DNA of 64,000 bases, from IMG/VR virus record IMGVR_UViG_3300023184_000036. The stretch is one strand, 5' to 3'. Positions 47,477-57,070 of the stretch are shown one piece after another; the first letter of the stretch is position 1; each line of letters begins with the position of its first letter. The translations under genes and the position numbers were made by a program. Source of the stretch: a virus. Under the pieces are notes generated by a model, which searched no databases, was not told where the DNA came from, and saw nothing but the letters and a program-made list of their open reading frames with translations.

Positions 47477-48661
47477 ATGTCAATAAGTATTTGCATGTTT
47501 TTTAGTTTAGAGAGTCAAAAAAATCAAAAATTTCCAATCCAATTTTATATTAATAATGTCGTTTTTAATACAGATTTAGGTTGGAAAAAACAAATTATAA
47601 ATGGAAAAACAATTATTTACAAGGGTTATGCAGATTTTTTTCCTATGGAAAAAATTTTAGAAGAATTAATAGAAGAAAAAATTACAAAATTTACAGGAAA
47701 TTTCTGTGCATTTATCTTTTCCGAAACTTATATTGAATGTAAATCAGATTTGTATCGTGGGTTTCCAATTTATTACAAAGAAGAATGTATTTCTAATTTA
47801 TTTGAACAAAAAAATAAAATTTTTTCAAATCAAATTTTACAATCTGATTACAATTTTAATATAAAATTACAAAATGTAGATTTTAATGATTCTACTAAAA
47901 ATTTAAATTTAAATTTTAATGAAACTATTGAATACATAGATGATTTATTGAATAAAAAAATAAGTAAATTTCTTTCTTTTAATGAACTACCCGTAAAATG
48001 TTTTTTATCTGGCGGTGTGGACAGTATGTTGGTTTTTAGTTACATTAAAAAGTTTACAAAATATTCCATTGTAAGTGGTGAAATTTATGATTTTGATTAT
48101 TTTACTTTAAAAAATAACTACGATATTAAAAAAAATTGGGCATATAGACAGATAAATCATTTTAAAGAACCAAACTTATGGATAAGTGGAGCACCTGGTG
48201 ATGAATTTATGCTAAGAAGTCCTGATACGTCAAATTTGTATTGTATTAGTAAACAAACTACTATTTTAAATTTACTTAAAGAAGAAAAATATAAAGATTG
48301 TTTGCACAAATTTTACTTTACTAATGATGAATCACTAGATTTTTTTAAAAAACAAGAAGATAAGAATAATAAAATTTTAATTAAAAGTCCTGAATTTGCA
48401 AAAAAAATTATTTTTGAAAAGATTTTAAACGATTATCAACATCACCATTTGGGTAACACACTTACGTATACTCCACTTCGAGATTTGAACATTACAAATG
48501 CAATATTAAACTTACCAACAGAAGTTGTATTTGACCAAATAATGGACAGTAGTATTAGCAAAAGTTTGATAGAAAAAAATGATAAAAATTTACTTAAATT
48601 TTTAAGCACATATAAAAACTATGAAAACTACATGGAAAATCTAATTGGTTTGGTAATTTAA
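47477..48661 (+). CDS. Asparagine synthetase-like (AsnB C-terminal ATP pyrophosphatase) protein
   Basis: FLSGGVDS PP-loop, GAPGDEF, TPLRD; degenerate N-terminal Ntn domain; true start may be 47495. Confidence 0.75.
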   Translation: MSISICMFFSLESQKNQKFPIQFYINNVVFNTDLGWKKQIINGKTIIYKGYADFFPMEKILEELIEEKITKFTGNFCAFIFSETYIECKSDLYRGFPIYYKEECISNLFEQKNKIFSNQILQSDYNFNIKLQNVDFNDSTKNLNLNFNETIEYIDDLLNKKISKFLSFNELPVKCFLSGGVDSMLVFSYIKKFTKYSIVSGEIYDFDYFTLKNNYDIKKNWAYRQINHFKEPNLWISGAPGDEFMLRSPDTSNLYCISKQTTILNLLKEEKYKDCLHKFYFTNDESLDFFKKQEDKNNKILIKSPEFAKKIIFEKILNDYQHHHLGNTLTYTPLRDLNITNAILNLPTEVVFDQIMDSSISKSLIEKNDKNLLKFLSTYKNYENYMENLIGLVI

Positions 48662-48678
48662 TATTAACGTTATTTAAT

Positions 48679-48891
48679 TTACGCTTTATTAATAGTAAAA
48701 GTTCCGTTTACTATACTACCAGTTATGTTAAAACAAAAATTTCCAACCTCGTCGAGGGGTCCAAGTGTTATAATATGATTAGGAACGTTAGGAAGAATTT
48801 CAGTAAACACCTTAAAACTACTACTGCCATCATCAGTGTGTACTTGTTGTGATGCCCAATTTTCTACATACGCATTATTTATTTCACTCAT
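48679..48891 (-). CDS. Small hypothetical protein, tandem paralog A
   Basis: ATGA-coupled; homologous to 48888..49115. Confidence 0.7.
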   Translation of the reverse strand: MSEINNAYVENWASQQVHTDDGSSSFKVFTEILPNVPNHIITLGPLDEVGNFCFNITGSIVNGTFTINKA

Positions 48892-49115
48892 TTTGCTTCC
48901 TTTCGCACAGCGGCATAAACAATTACTTGTGTGCCATCAATTACTGGACCAGTTAGTGTTATTTGATAATTGCCTTCTAGTGTTGGTCCAACGTCAACCG
49001 CATGATTTGGAAAATTTGGAATTACTTCACTTATAACTTTCCAACTCATGCTTCCACTATCTACATATCGCTGTAGGTCTGCCCAATTTTGCAACCAAGC
49101 TAAATCATAGTTCAT
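48888..49115 (-). CDS. Small hypothetical protein, tandem paralog B
   Basis: ATG 49115 overlaps upstream stop; NWA..Q...D.GS.S.KV..E..PN.PNH shared with A. Confidence 0.7.
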   Translation of the reverse strand: MNYDLAWLQNWADLQRYVDSGSMSWKVISEVIPNFPNHAVDVGPTLEGNYQITLTGPVIDGTQVIVYAAVRKEAK

Positions 49116-51940
49116 TTTACAACAATACCAGCAACTGCTTGCATCCAACGAAGGTCAGCTTTTACGCTTTCTTCTGTCTTTTCTTTCTTGTCCTTTACTG
49201 CCTTCTTGAATGGTTCTTCTTTGTCACCATCCTTATCAACATCAAGGAAATCAGGCTTTGCTTTTGCTTCTTCAACTGCAGCTTCGTCAGTATATTCAAC
49301 ATCATTATGCTTCATATAATCACGTGCTGTGTCAAGATAGTCAAGTGCCTTTGTAATTTTAGCCTGAACCCATTCAGGAAGATTTTCATCATCTTGTAGG
49401 ATTGCTTCAAGTTCTTTTGCCGCATCTGCCGCACCAGCAAGGTCATTCTTTGCCATACGACCTTCTTGATCATATTCTGCCTTATCATCATCACTTGGCT
49501 CACCATCTTGTGGAATGTTGTCATCTTCTTCTTGTGCGTAGATATAGTTTTCCATCAAAGGCAAACCCGCCAATTTACGCATTTCCATTACTTCTTTACT
49601 CATTTTGGTTTCCTTTGTTTCTTTCATATCACGTTCTGGATAATAATGTCCACCAGCATCATATGCACCGTGTGGATTGGTTGAACCGTCAGCATCATAC
49701 CAGTCTTCTTTATCATCCCAACGCTTATCATCTGCATCTGCGTCTTCGTGTTCTGGTTTGTCTGCTGAACCACCTTCTTTTACTTGATAAGTTTTGCCAT
49801 CTACTTCAAACTCTTTCTTACCAGCAGCTTTAGCAGCAGCTAATGCACCACTGAACTCATTGCCTTCATTTGGTTCTTCACTAACTTGTTCACTACTTTC
49901 CATAGCTTTTTTAATCCAAGCACGTGCTTCATCTTCTGTTTTAGCATGAAATACATCACGACTTGGATTACGCTTAAGAACTATTTCATAACCACCTTTG
50001 GCATCTGGTTTAATCATATATGGAACTGGTTTTGAATCAGTCATACTTGCGGCACCAGCACCAAGACCAGCGGCAAGTGCACCAGCTGCTATTGTTTTAC
50101 CAATGCCTTCATCAGTTTCTTCTTCTTTCATATACTTATCTTTTATCTTGCCAAGTTCTTCTTGACTTGCGCCTTCACGACCTGCTTTTGCAAGTGCAGC
50201 CATACCATCTTTGCCATATTTCTTTTTACCAGTGTAATATTGAAGTCCACTTTCTTCAACTTCATCTTCACTGACAGCATCTTCACGCATACCAAGTGAC
50301 TGCATAACTTGATTTACCATAGCACTTACATCACTGGTGCCAATTTCTTGTGCGCCAACATGATCTTGTGCTACACTATGAATAGCATCTAATACTTTGT
50401 CAAGACCATGTGCACGTAGCATCTTGTTAGCAGCACCACTGTTCATAAGACGATGACTGATTGCATCTGTAATATTTTCTACACTGGCTTGTTCGCCAAT
50501 ACTCATGATTTCTTCTGCAAATGCTTCACTTTCAGTCTTTTTACCTTTAATCTTTTCTGGTTTACGTGATGTATCTTGACGATATTCACGTTCCAACTTT
50601 GGATTCTGCTTAATAAGATTAAGTTCTTTAAGATACTTTTGTGCAAGTAGAATAGCTAATTTCTTGTCACTTGTGTATTCTTTGTCATCAGCTTTTTGTC
50701 CAAATGCTTCACCTTCGCTACTCATAAGGTCACCCATAAGTGCGGCAAAGTTAGCAACATCATCACTATCAGGTGCTACAAGACGATTAGCAATATCACC
50801 AAGAATTGCAACAGCCATTGCTTTGGTGTCTGTATAATTACGGCTTGTCATCAACTTGTCAAGACCAGCATCTGCTTTTAAAAGCAATTTAAACTTTGGA
50901 TTAAGAATCTTGTTCTTAACACTGTCACTAACTTCATCAAGTTTGTTAAGTGTATTTTCACGAAGTTTCTTGTAAGCACCAGCAGCACTTGCAAGATAAT
51001 TGTCAAGATTTTCATTGTAAGTTTGCTGTGTGAACCATGCCTTTACTTCTGTAACATCATTAACTTGTTCACCAAGAAACTCTGCAAGTGCTTCAAGACT
51101 TTCATTAAATGAACGACTATTATTGCTTAAACGATTAAGATGACGCTTTAAATTTTCTTTTACAGTTTGTGCGGCACGAATAACATTATTTGCTTCTGCT
51201 GCTTCAAATGTGCGTGTGCGAGTAGCACTTGCAAAGCGTCCCAGATTACGCATTTCACTTACTGCACGACTAATAATTTGACCATTAGAATCATAAGGAT
51301 TGCCACCACGAGAAACGTGATTTGCCATTGCCTTTGCACCACTTACACTTTTAAATGGTAGTAGGAATTTTTCACCACTTTCATTTACAAGGAAAATACG
51401 ATCTACTTTTAACAGTCGGTTATTTGGATTTTCTAACATGCGTTCATTATGAACAACATGAATACAAACATTGTTAAGGTTGCCTTCACTGACTTTACCT
51501 TTACGTTGCCATAGCACACGACTTTCTTCTAATGATTCTTTCATTTTCTTTTTCTCTGGGTTGGTTTTAGCTAAAAATTCATAATCTCTGCGACTTAAAA
51601 CATCTTTACTAATATCACGAACGTCAAAATTTAACATATGTGATTTTGCATAACGACGCAATTCACGCAAGAAACGATACCAATAATCTTTGTCCTCTGG
51701 TAACATACGTTCAGTAATAGCATTATCAAAGAACACTTTCATACTGTTACCATCAATAAGACTGCATGTAACTTCGCCATAATCACGTTCACTTTGTTTA
51801 TCAACATAACGAAAATTAAAAAAACGTGCGGCTTCTGGATCAATAGTTGTAACACCATTTTCATCACCAAGTCTAATTTTTGGAAATCTATTTCTTAATT
51901 TAAAAAACAGATCATTGCTTGCATTACTTAAATCAGCCAT
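49112..51940 (-). CDS. Large putative virion internal/core protein with modular C-terminal half
   Basis: TAAATA 5 nt before ATG; next to terminase; globular N-half then short modules separated by acidic xxE linkers. Confidence 0.65.
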   Translation of the reverse strand: MADLSNASNDLFFKLRNRFPKIRLGDENGVTTIDPEAARFFNFRYVDKQSERDYGEVTCSLIDGNSMKVFFDNAITERMLPEDKDYWYRFLRELRRYAKSHMLNFDVRDISKDVLSRRDYEFLAKTNPEKKKMKESLEESRVLWQRKGKVSEGNLNNVCIHVVHNERMLENPNNRLLKVDRIFLVNESGEKFLLPFKSVSGAKAMANHVSRGGNPYDSNGQIISRAVSEMRNLGRFASATRTRTFEAAEANNVIRAAQTVKENLKRHLNRLSNNSRSFNESLEALAEFLGEQVNDVTEVKAWFTQQTYNENLDNYLASAAGAYKKLRENTLNKLDEVSDSVKNKILNPKFKLLLKADAGLDKLMTSRNYTDTKAMAVAILGDIANRLVAPDSDDVANFAALMGDLMSSEGEAFGQKADDKEYTSDKKLAILLAQKYLKELNLIKQNPKLEREYRQDTSRKPEKIKGKKTESEAFAEEIMSIGEQASVENITDAISHRLMNSGAANKMLRAHGLDKVLDAIHSVAQDHVGAQEIGTSDVSAMVNQVMQSLGMREDAVSEDEVEESGLQYYTGKKKYGKDGMAALAKAGREGASQEELGKIKDKYMKEEETDEGIGKTIAAGALAAGLGAGAASMTDSKPVPYMIKPDAKGGYEIVLKRNPSRDVFHAKTEDEARAWIKKAMESSEQVSEEPNEGNEFSGALAAAKAAGKKEFEVDGKTYQVKEGGSADKPEHEDADADDKRWDDKEDWYDADGSTNPHGAYDAGGHYYPERDMKETKETKMSKEVMEMRKLAGLPLMENYIYAQEEDDNIPQDGEPSDDDKAEYDQEGRMAKNDLAGAADAAKELEAILQDDENLPEWVQAKITKALDYLDTARDYMKHNDVEYTDEAAVEEAKAKPDFLDVDKDGDKEEPFKKAVKDKKEKTEESVKADLRWMQAVAGIVVK

Positions 51941-51956
51941 AAGATTATTTATGCCA

Positions 51957-53519
51957 CTATAACATTATAAACGGCATTGGTGCTATGATATCTGCACTAT
52001 CCATAGCCAACCCGTCACTGATTCTTGCATCATACATACGTAGATGTAATATCATTCTAACAGCTAATAATGTTGCCATAACAAGGTCATCAGTTTCACC
52101 AATCTTCGCTGCATAACTTACACCATGTGCAACAAATGTTTTTAATTCACTAACCAAAATCTTACTGGAAATTTTAATTTTACCTGTTTCAACCCATAGT
52201 TTAAACTTGCTACATGCCGCAATTTTGCTCTTTGGTGTGGTATTAAACCCTTTACGATACCTACGTCCACCACTGCCAGCAGGTTCACTCAAAAAACTAC
52301 CTGGTATATTTTCTTCACCAAAGTCAGCAACTGCATTAAGTGCAGCTTCGCCAATAGTATTATTTTCTATACTATAATAGATGTTACCAGGTTCATTTGT
52401 AACTTCCTTAATGTATTTGCAGATTTCTGCCATAATTGCTACTTGTTTTTGTATGATTGTTAAATTATGTTGCCATTCTGCTACTTGGCGCATAGTAGTT
52501 GCATTGAAAACTTGAATAGCGGCAGGATCACCACCTGTTCCAAGACTTGGATCAAGTGCTACAATATAGATATGGTCACGTTGTGGTTTTTCATACCAAC
52601 GCACTTGACCTTGACGTTCAATTGGGTCAATTCCATTTAAATCTAATAATATTCCTGGTGCAATAAGAGTTTCATCATAAATGACAAATTCACAGTTATG
52701 TTCACGGCGAAAACGATCTATACCTACACTAGCCATTTCACGTTCTGCCCAATCACGATCACGTTCAGGATGACGATCCCATGTAGCAAGAAAAGCACTG
52801 AATCCATTACGACCAAGTTTAGTTTCATTGCCATAAGTATCAAATTTTTTGTTTGCTTCTTTCCAAATATCAGCAAATTGATCTTCATCACTATTAGGTG
52901 TAGAAGTAATAATAGCTTTACCACCAGTTGAAAGTGTGGGACTGATTGATGTCCAAAACTCTTTTGCAATTGTAGGTCGTACAAATGCCAACTCGTCACA
53001 ATAAAGTAGCGAAATACTCATACCACGACCAGTAGTTTCTGTTGTTGTTGCACTTACAATACGTGAACCGTTATCAAATGCAATACTGCCTTTGTTATAA
53101 TCTACAACACCAGCACGAATATGATCTGGTGAGTTTTCATAAGCATAACGAATACGCTGCATAATATCTTGCGCACCAGTATATTTGTTACTTGCAACCA
53201 ATATAGTGCTATCAGGTATAAACATTGCATACCATAATAAGTAGCCCGCCGCTAGTGTGGATTTACCCATTTGGCGACCTAACATATTGATACTAAATCT
53301 ATTAGTATGATAATTTTTAAGAAGTTCTTCTTGATAGTCAAATGGTGTAAACTTTAACCTACCACGAGTAGGATGTTGAATATAGAAGAAATTGCGTAAG
53401 AAATAATCTGGTCCTGTATCTGGATCAGCACATAAACTAAACTCTACTAGTTCTTTTTTTGTTAGTTGCATACGTATATGCGGTTTACGTATAAGATTAA
53501 TTTCTGGTTGTTTTGCCAT
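51957..53519 (-). CDS. terL: Terminase large subunit (T4 gp17-like)
   Basis: YQ, RQMGKS, LYCDELAF, TSTPN, REH.CEF, DPS.G.GGD, IENN, DDLVMA. Confidence 0.95.
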   Translation of the reverse strand: MAKQPEINLIRKPHIRMQLTKKELVEFSLCADPDTGPDYFLRNFFYIQHPTRGRLKFTPFDYQEELLKNYHTNRFSINMLGRQMGKSTLAAGYLLWYAMFIPDSTILVASNKYTGAQDIMQRIRYAYENSPDHIRAGVVDYNKGSIAFDNGSRIVSATTTETTGRGMSISLLYCDELAFVRPTIAKEFWTSISPTLSTGGKAIITSTPNSDEDQFADIWKEANKKFDTYGNETKLGRNGFSAFLATWDRHPERDRDWAEREMASVGIDRFRREHNCEFVIYDETLIAPGILLDLNGIDPIERQGQVRWYEKPQRDHIYIVALDPSLGTGGDPAAIQVFNATTMRQVAEWQHNLTIIQKQVAIMAEICKYIKEVTNEPGNIYYSIENNTIGEAALNAVADFGEENIPGSFLSEPAGSGGRRYRKGFNTTPKSKIAACSKFKLWVETGKIKISSKILVSELKTFVAHGVSYAAKIGETDDLVMATLLAVRMILHLRMYDARISDGLAMDSADIIAPMPFIML

Positions 53520-53531
53520 GACAAATATTTA

Positions 53532-53559
53532 TTGACATGTTTATAGTATATTGTATTAT
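53532..53559 (+). promoter_or_regulatory. Sigma70-type promoter upstream of HNH gene
   Basis: TTGACA-N16-TATTAT. Confidence 0.55.
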
Positions 53560-53593
53560 TAAAATGTCATAAAAATACTGGTAAATAAAATAT

Positions 53594-54103
53594 ATGTCAG
53601 ACACACTGATTTTGAATGCTAATTATCAACCACTATCTTGGCTTCCGTTAAGCGTAATTCCATGGCAACAAAGCGTAAAGTTGCATTTTATGGACCGCAT
53701 CAAGATTTTGGAATATTATGATGACTGGGAAGTTCATAGTCCAAGTGTAACTATGAAAGTGCCTGCGTTGGCTATTACAAAAGACTATCATAGCTTTAAT
53801 AAAGGTATTCGTTTTAGTCGGCAAAATCTGTATATTCGTGACTTATTTCAATGTCAGTATTGTGCTGAAACTTTTGATTATCATGAATTAAACATAGATC
53901 ATGTTACTCCATTAAGCAAGGGTGGTAAAACAAATTGGGAAAACTGTGTGACAAGTTGTATTCCATGCAATAGTCGTAAGGCTAATCGTATGCGTAAACC
54001 AATTCGTGAACCATTTAAACCTGATTATTGGACATTAAGTGCTCGTCGCAAACAATACACTTATGATTTAAAACATCCAAGTTGGCGTGATTACATTAAT
54101 TAG
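53594..54103 (+). CDS. HNH endonuclease (McrA-like)
   Basis: LNANYQPL, RD..CQYC, IDHV.P.SKGG, NCVTSC..CN..K. Confidence 0.92.
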   Translation: MSDTLILNANYQPLSWLPLSVIPWQQSVKLHFMDRIKILEYYDDWEVHSPSVTMKVPALAITKDYHSFNKGIRFSRQNLYIRDLFQCQYCAETFDYHELNIDHVTPLSKGGKTNWENCVTSCIPCNSRKANRMRKPIREPFKPDYWTLSARRKQYTYDLKHPSWRDYIN

Positions 54104-54482
54104 GACGGCGGGTTGGAACATATTTTGCCACTGGACTAACTTGATTTACATCACTATGTTCTGCTTTATTAGTGTAATTATGTGATTTTACTGCAGCATG
54201 ACCACTTGCTTTACTTGCACCTTGCATTGCTAACATATCACCATCACTATAAGGTGCAATAATTAATTTATCACCAAGTGCAGTTTGGTCATCATAAGCA
54301 TCTGGTTGTGGTTCGGGACTACGAGCCATAAGAATACCATAACGATACATTCTATAAAAGTTTTGACTGGCATCTGGGATTATAAAAGCACCAGGAACTT
54401 CACGTGCTTCATAATCTTTGTGGTCAGCCGCAAAGTCTTTTTCATAATCTTCTTGTTCAGTTATAAATTCTTTGGCTCTCAT
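54096..54482 (-). CDS. Putative internal head protein, paralog family member 1
   Basis: MRAKEFITE N-terminus; PG....P, YR......A, YS, E....N..SPV. Confidence 0.65.
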   Translation of the reverse strand: MRAKEFITEQEDYEKDFAADHKDYEAREVPGAFIIPDASQNFYRMYRYGILMARSPEPQPDAYDDQTALGDKLIIAPYSDGDMLAMQGASKASGHAAVKSHNYTNKAEHSDVNQVSPVAKYVPTRRPN

Positions 54483-55572
54483 TATATCTATTTACCAAAA
54501 GTTCAGTGCATTGTTTCTTTACAAAATCATCAAAGGGAAAATTCATAAGGTGGTTAAAATTATGCTCTACTATAGGTTTTATTTTTTCTAAAACATATTC
54601 TTGTGGTAAATTTAATAACTGTTCTACGCAGTTCCATGCTTTTTCATATCGCTGTTCATTGTCTTGAACTAAATCATAAGATTCATCTATTATGCTATCA
54701 AATGTTTTAAAACCCAATTCTCGTAGTGAACGTAAAAAGTATTGCCCACTGAATATAATAAAAAGTCGCTTTCCCAAAATTGGTTTAGCAGTTTTCTCTG
54801 TTGGAAAACTTACACCATTTTTGTAACCAGTTTCTGTTACTATTGTATAAGCAGATTTATTGTATACTCCAAAAGGAATTACATGAGCAATCCATACAGG
54901 TTTATCATAATAAGTTATAGGATTACTACTCATTAGCTTTGAATAATTATTTTTATTTTCAATATACTGACTATAATCTACGTCATCATCTCTATACCAG
55001 GATTCACTTGTAATATCGTTTAGGTAGCTTGTTATAATTCTATCTTGTAAATTATTCTCGGTAATTTTTTTATAAACAAAATCTCTATGAAATCGCTGTG
55101 ATCCTAGCAGTGCATCAAATGTAAAAGGTTTAGGGGATAATGGATTTAGTTCATCTAACTTAAATTTTAAATCTTTATAGATTCTAACACATTGTTCTAA
55201 CCAACTTAAATTAGTAGAAGACTTGAGTTTAAACAATTCATGATTAATTATTCCGCCTGTCATAGCAAATATTTTTGGATTTCCCAAAACTCGTGAGTAT
55301 ATATTTTTATCACCGCAAGTATTAAATTGGTAATCATGTAATTCTTCATTCCAAATCAACAATAAATCACAGTTATTTGCCAAATCAGTGTATTCAATGA
55401 TTTTTTCTTTTATATTACGATCTATATTACTATAAAAAATACTTTCACGTTTTATTAGTATTCTAAATGATTTTGAATTTATAAATCTATCCCAATCATA
55501 ACATTGTTCATAATCAAAGGTAAAAATTTTATTGAAAAAATCTAATCCATAAACAATAATATCTAAAGTCAT
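54457..55572 (-). CDS. AT-rich hypothetical, possible GT-B-like (IVTET/TEKT family)
   Basis: IVTET..FPTEKTAKP..LRELGFKTF..IDESYD..HN motifs. Confidence 0.55.
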   Translation of the reverse strand: MTLDIIVYGLDFFNKIFTFDYEQCYDWDRFINSKSFRILIKRESIFYSNIDRNIKEKIIEYTDLANNCDLLLIWNEELHDYQFNTCGDKNIYSRVLGNPKIFAMTGGIINHELFKLKSSTNLSWLEQCVRIYKDLKFKLDELNPLSPKPFTFDALLGSQRFHRDFVYKKITENNLQDRIITSYLNDITSESWYRDDDVDYSQYIENKNNYSKLMSSNPITYYDKPVWIAHVIPFGVYNKSAYTIVTETGYKNGVSFPTEKTAKPILGKRLFIIFSGQYFLRSLRELGFKTFDSIIDESYDLVQDNEQRYEKAWNCVEQLLNLPQEYVLEKIKPIVEHNFNHLMNFPFDDFVKKQCTELLVNRYNESQRIYN

Positions 55573-55745
55573 TTTTTCTTTGGGGGTTTTTCATGAGTTA
55601 AAAATGGTCTTGCAAACCATAACTTAAACCAATCTTCTGTTCCTGGTTTTATTTTTTCACGTTTTTCACGATCATGCAAATGAGTTCCATGCTTACTTGT
55701 AGCATATCCAAGACTTTTATCATCACCAAATTCTTGATATCTCAT
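55569..55745 (-). CDS. 58-aa protein missing from the ORF track (MRYQEFGDD...IKPGTEDWFKLWFARPFLTHEKPPKKK)
   Basis: Fills the gap exactly with ATGA overlaps at both ends. Confidence 0.75.
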   Translation of the reverse strand: MRYQEFGDDKSLGYATSKHGTHLHDREKREKIKPGTEDWFKLWFARPFLTHEKPPKKK

Positions 55746-56101
55746 TTTCTTTTATATTTGCCACTATTAAAAGGCACTGGACTTGTTTTATTAATTTGAG
55801 GCATTTCGCTGCTATCTTTTGTCGTGAGTTCTTTACTTGTATATCCCATATTTTTACCAGCCTTAATAGCAATTTCTTCATCTGCTGGTGTATAACTTAT
55901 TGTAACCATATTTGGTCCTGTTGGACCATTTTTAGGCATATCATTATCGGGACAACCTGCCATTGCTACTAACATTCTATACATATCGTATGGATTACCG
56001 TTACTTAATTGAGGCCAAACACGTGCACCTGGTATACCAAATATTGCATTTTTAGGTAATTTACTATGACCAAGAGATTCTATTATTTCTTTAAATCTCA
56101 T
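55742..56101 (-). CDS. Putative internal head protein, paralog family member 2
   Basis: MRFKEIIES N-terminus; shared motifs with 54096 and 56098 proteins. Confidence 0.65.
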   Translation of the reverse strand: MRFKEIIESLGHSKLPKNAIFGIPGARVWPQLSNGNPYDMYRMLVAMAGCPDNDMPKNGPTGPNMVTISYTPADEEIAIKAGKNMGYTSKELTTKDSSEMPQINKTSPVPFNSGKYKRK

Positions 56102-56451
56102 TTTTTTCTCCTTGCTCCGCTATTGTGCGGAACAGGACTAACTTTGTTATTAGAATCTGGTTCACGACCTTTTTCTTTTGTAATCCAATTACTTTTATAA
56201 CCAAGACCTTTTAGTGCATTATTCAACATATCCATTTCTTGTGGACTATAAGCTGCTGCAAGTGGTTGATCACGGAAATGTTCATGCTCATGTGGTGCTT
56301 TGTGATGTGGATGTGCGGCAACAACTGTCATAAAGCGATAATAATCATAACCTGAATCCATATCAGGATATACCAAACTTGGTGGCATAGTGCTAACATG
56401 CTCACCATGCGTTTTAGCTTTACCTTCAATTACAAATTCTGCGGCTCTCAT
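56098..56451 (-). CDS. Putative internal head protein, paralog family member 3
   Basis: MRAAEFVIE N-terminus; NKVSPVP.NSG. Confidence 0.65.
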   Translation of the reverse strand: MRAAEFVIEGKAKTHGEHVSTMPPSLVYPDMDSGYDYYRFMTVVAAHPHHKAPHEHEHFRDQPLAAAYSPQEMDMLNNALKGLGYKSNWITKEKGREPDSNNKVSPVPHNSGARRKK

Positions 56452-56470
56452 AAAGATATTTATGAGAAAA

Positions 56471-57061
56471 TTACTTCTTTACAGGAAGTATCCAATAATT
56501 TGCAGTTTCGTTATCTCTACTGCAATCTACACCTTCAAGAAACAATTTACTACGCTTTGCATCTGTTCTCTTAAATGTGCATTCAAATGTTACACGTGCT
56601 TCTGTTGCACTTGGATTAATTGCAATAACAGTAACTTCACTTTCTGGAAGTTGGTCTGTTTCTACAAGACTTGCAACAGCATGACGTAGCTTGTAACCTT
56701 GCTCAACCATTGTTTCATTAATCTTGTTTGCTTTTGCAATATTACGAACAAAATCTTGTGTAATACCAGCAGCTTCCATTGGTGGTTGATGTAGGAATGA
56801 TTTTTGAACTTTTTCACCATCACGTTCAAATGTAAGAACAAACTCTGCCATATGTTGTGCTACACCTTCACTTAAAAGATGATGTCGGTCAAGCATGTTC
56901 CATGCTGCATTATCAAGGTATAATTTAATACTATTATCAGTATGTTCAACAACACTTGCTTGAACACTGCGTAAACTATCAATTTCAATGTTTACTATAT
57001 CACCAGTTACTGGTGCATTATTTGCTCTTTCTACTGATTTTAAGTAATCACGAAAATTCAT
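56471..57061 (-). CDS. Hypothetical late protein
   Basis: AAGGA RBS; MNFRDYL start. Confidence 0.7.
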   Translation of the reverse strand: MNFRDYLKSVERANNAPVTGDIVNIEIDSLRSVQASVVEHTDNSIKLYLDNAAWNMLDRHHLLSEGVAQHMAEFVLTFERDGEKVQKSFLHQPPMEAAGITQDFVRNIAKANKINETMVEQGYKLRHAVASLVETDQLPESEVTVIAINPSATEARVTFECTFKRTDAKRSKLFLEGVDCSRDNETANYWILPVKK

Positions 57062-57070
57062 AATAATTCC

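Noticed and set aside
53594-54103. HNH as a terminase cofactor for cos cleavage
   Set aside because: It is divergently oriented and McrA-like, and the terminase is T4-type (headful), so adjacency alone is not evidence
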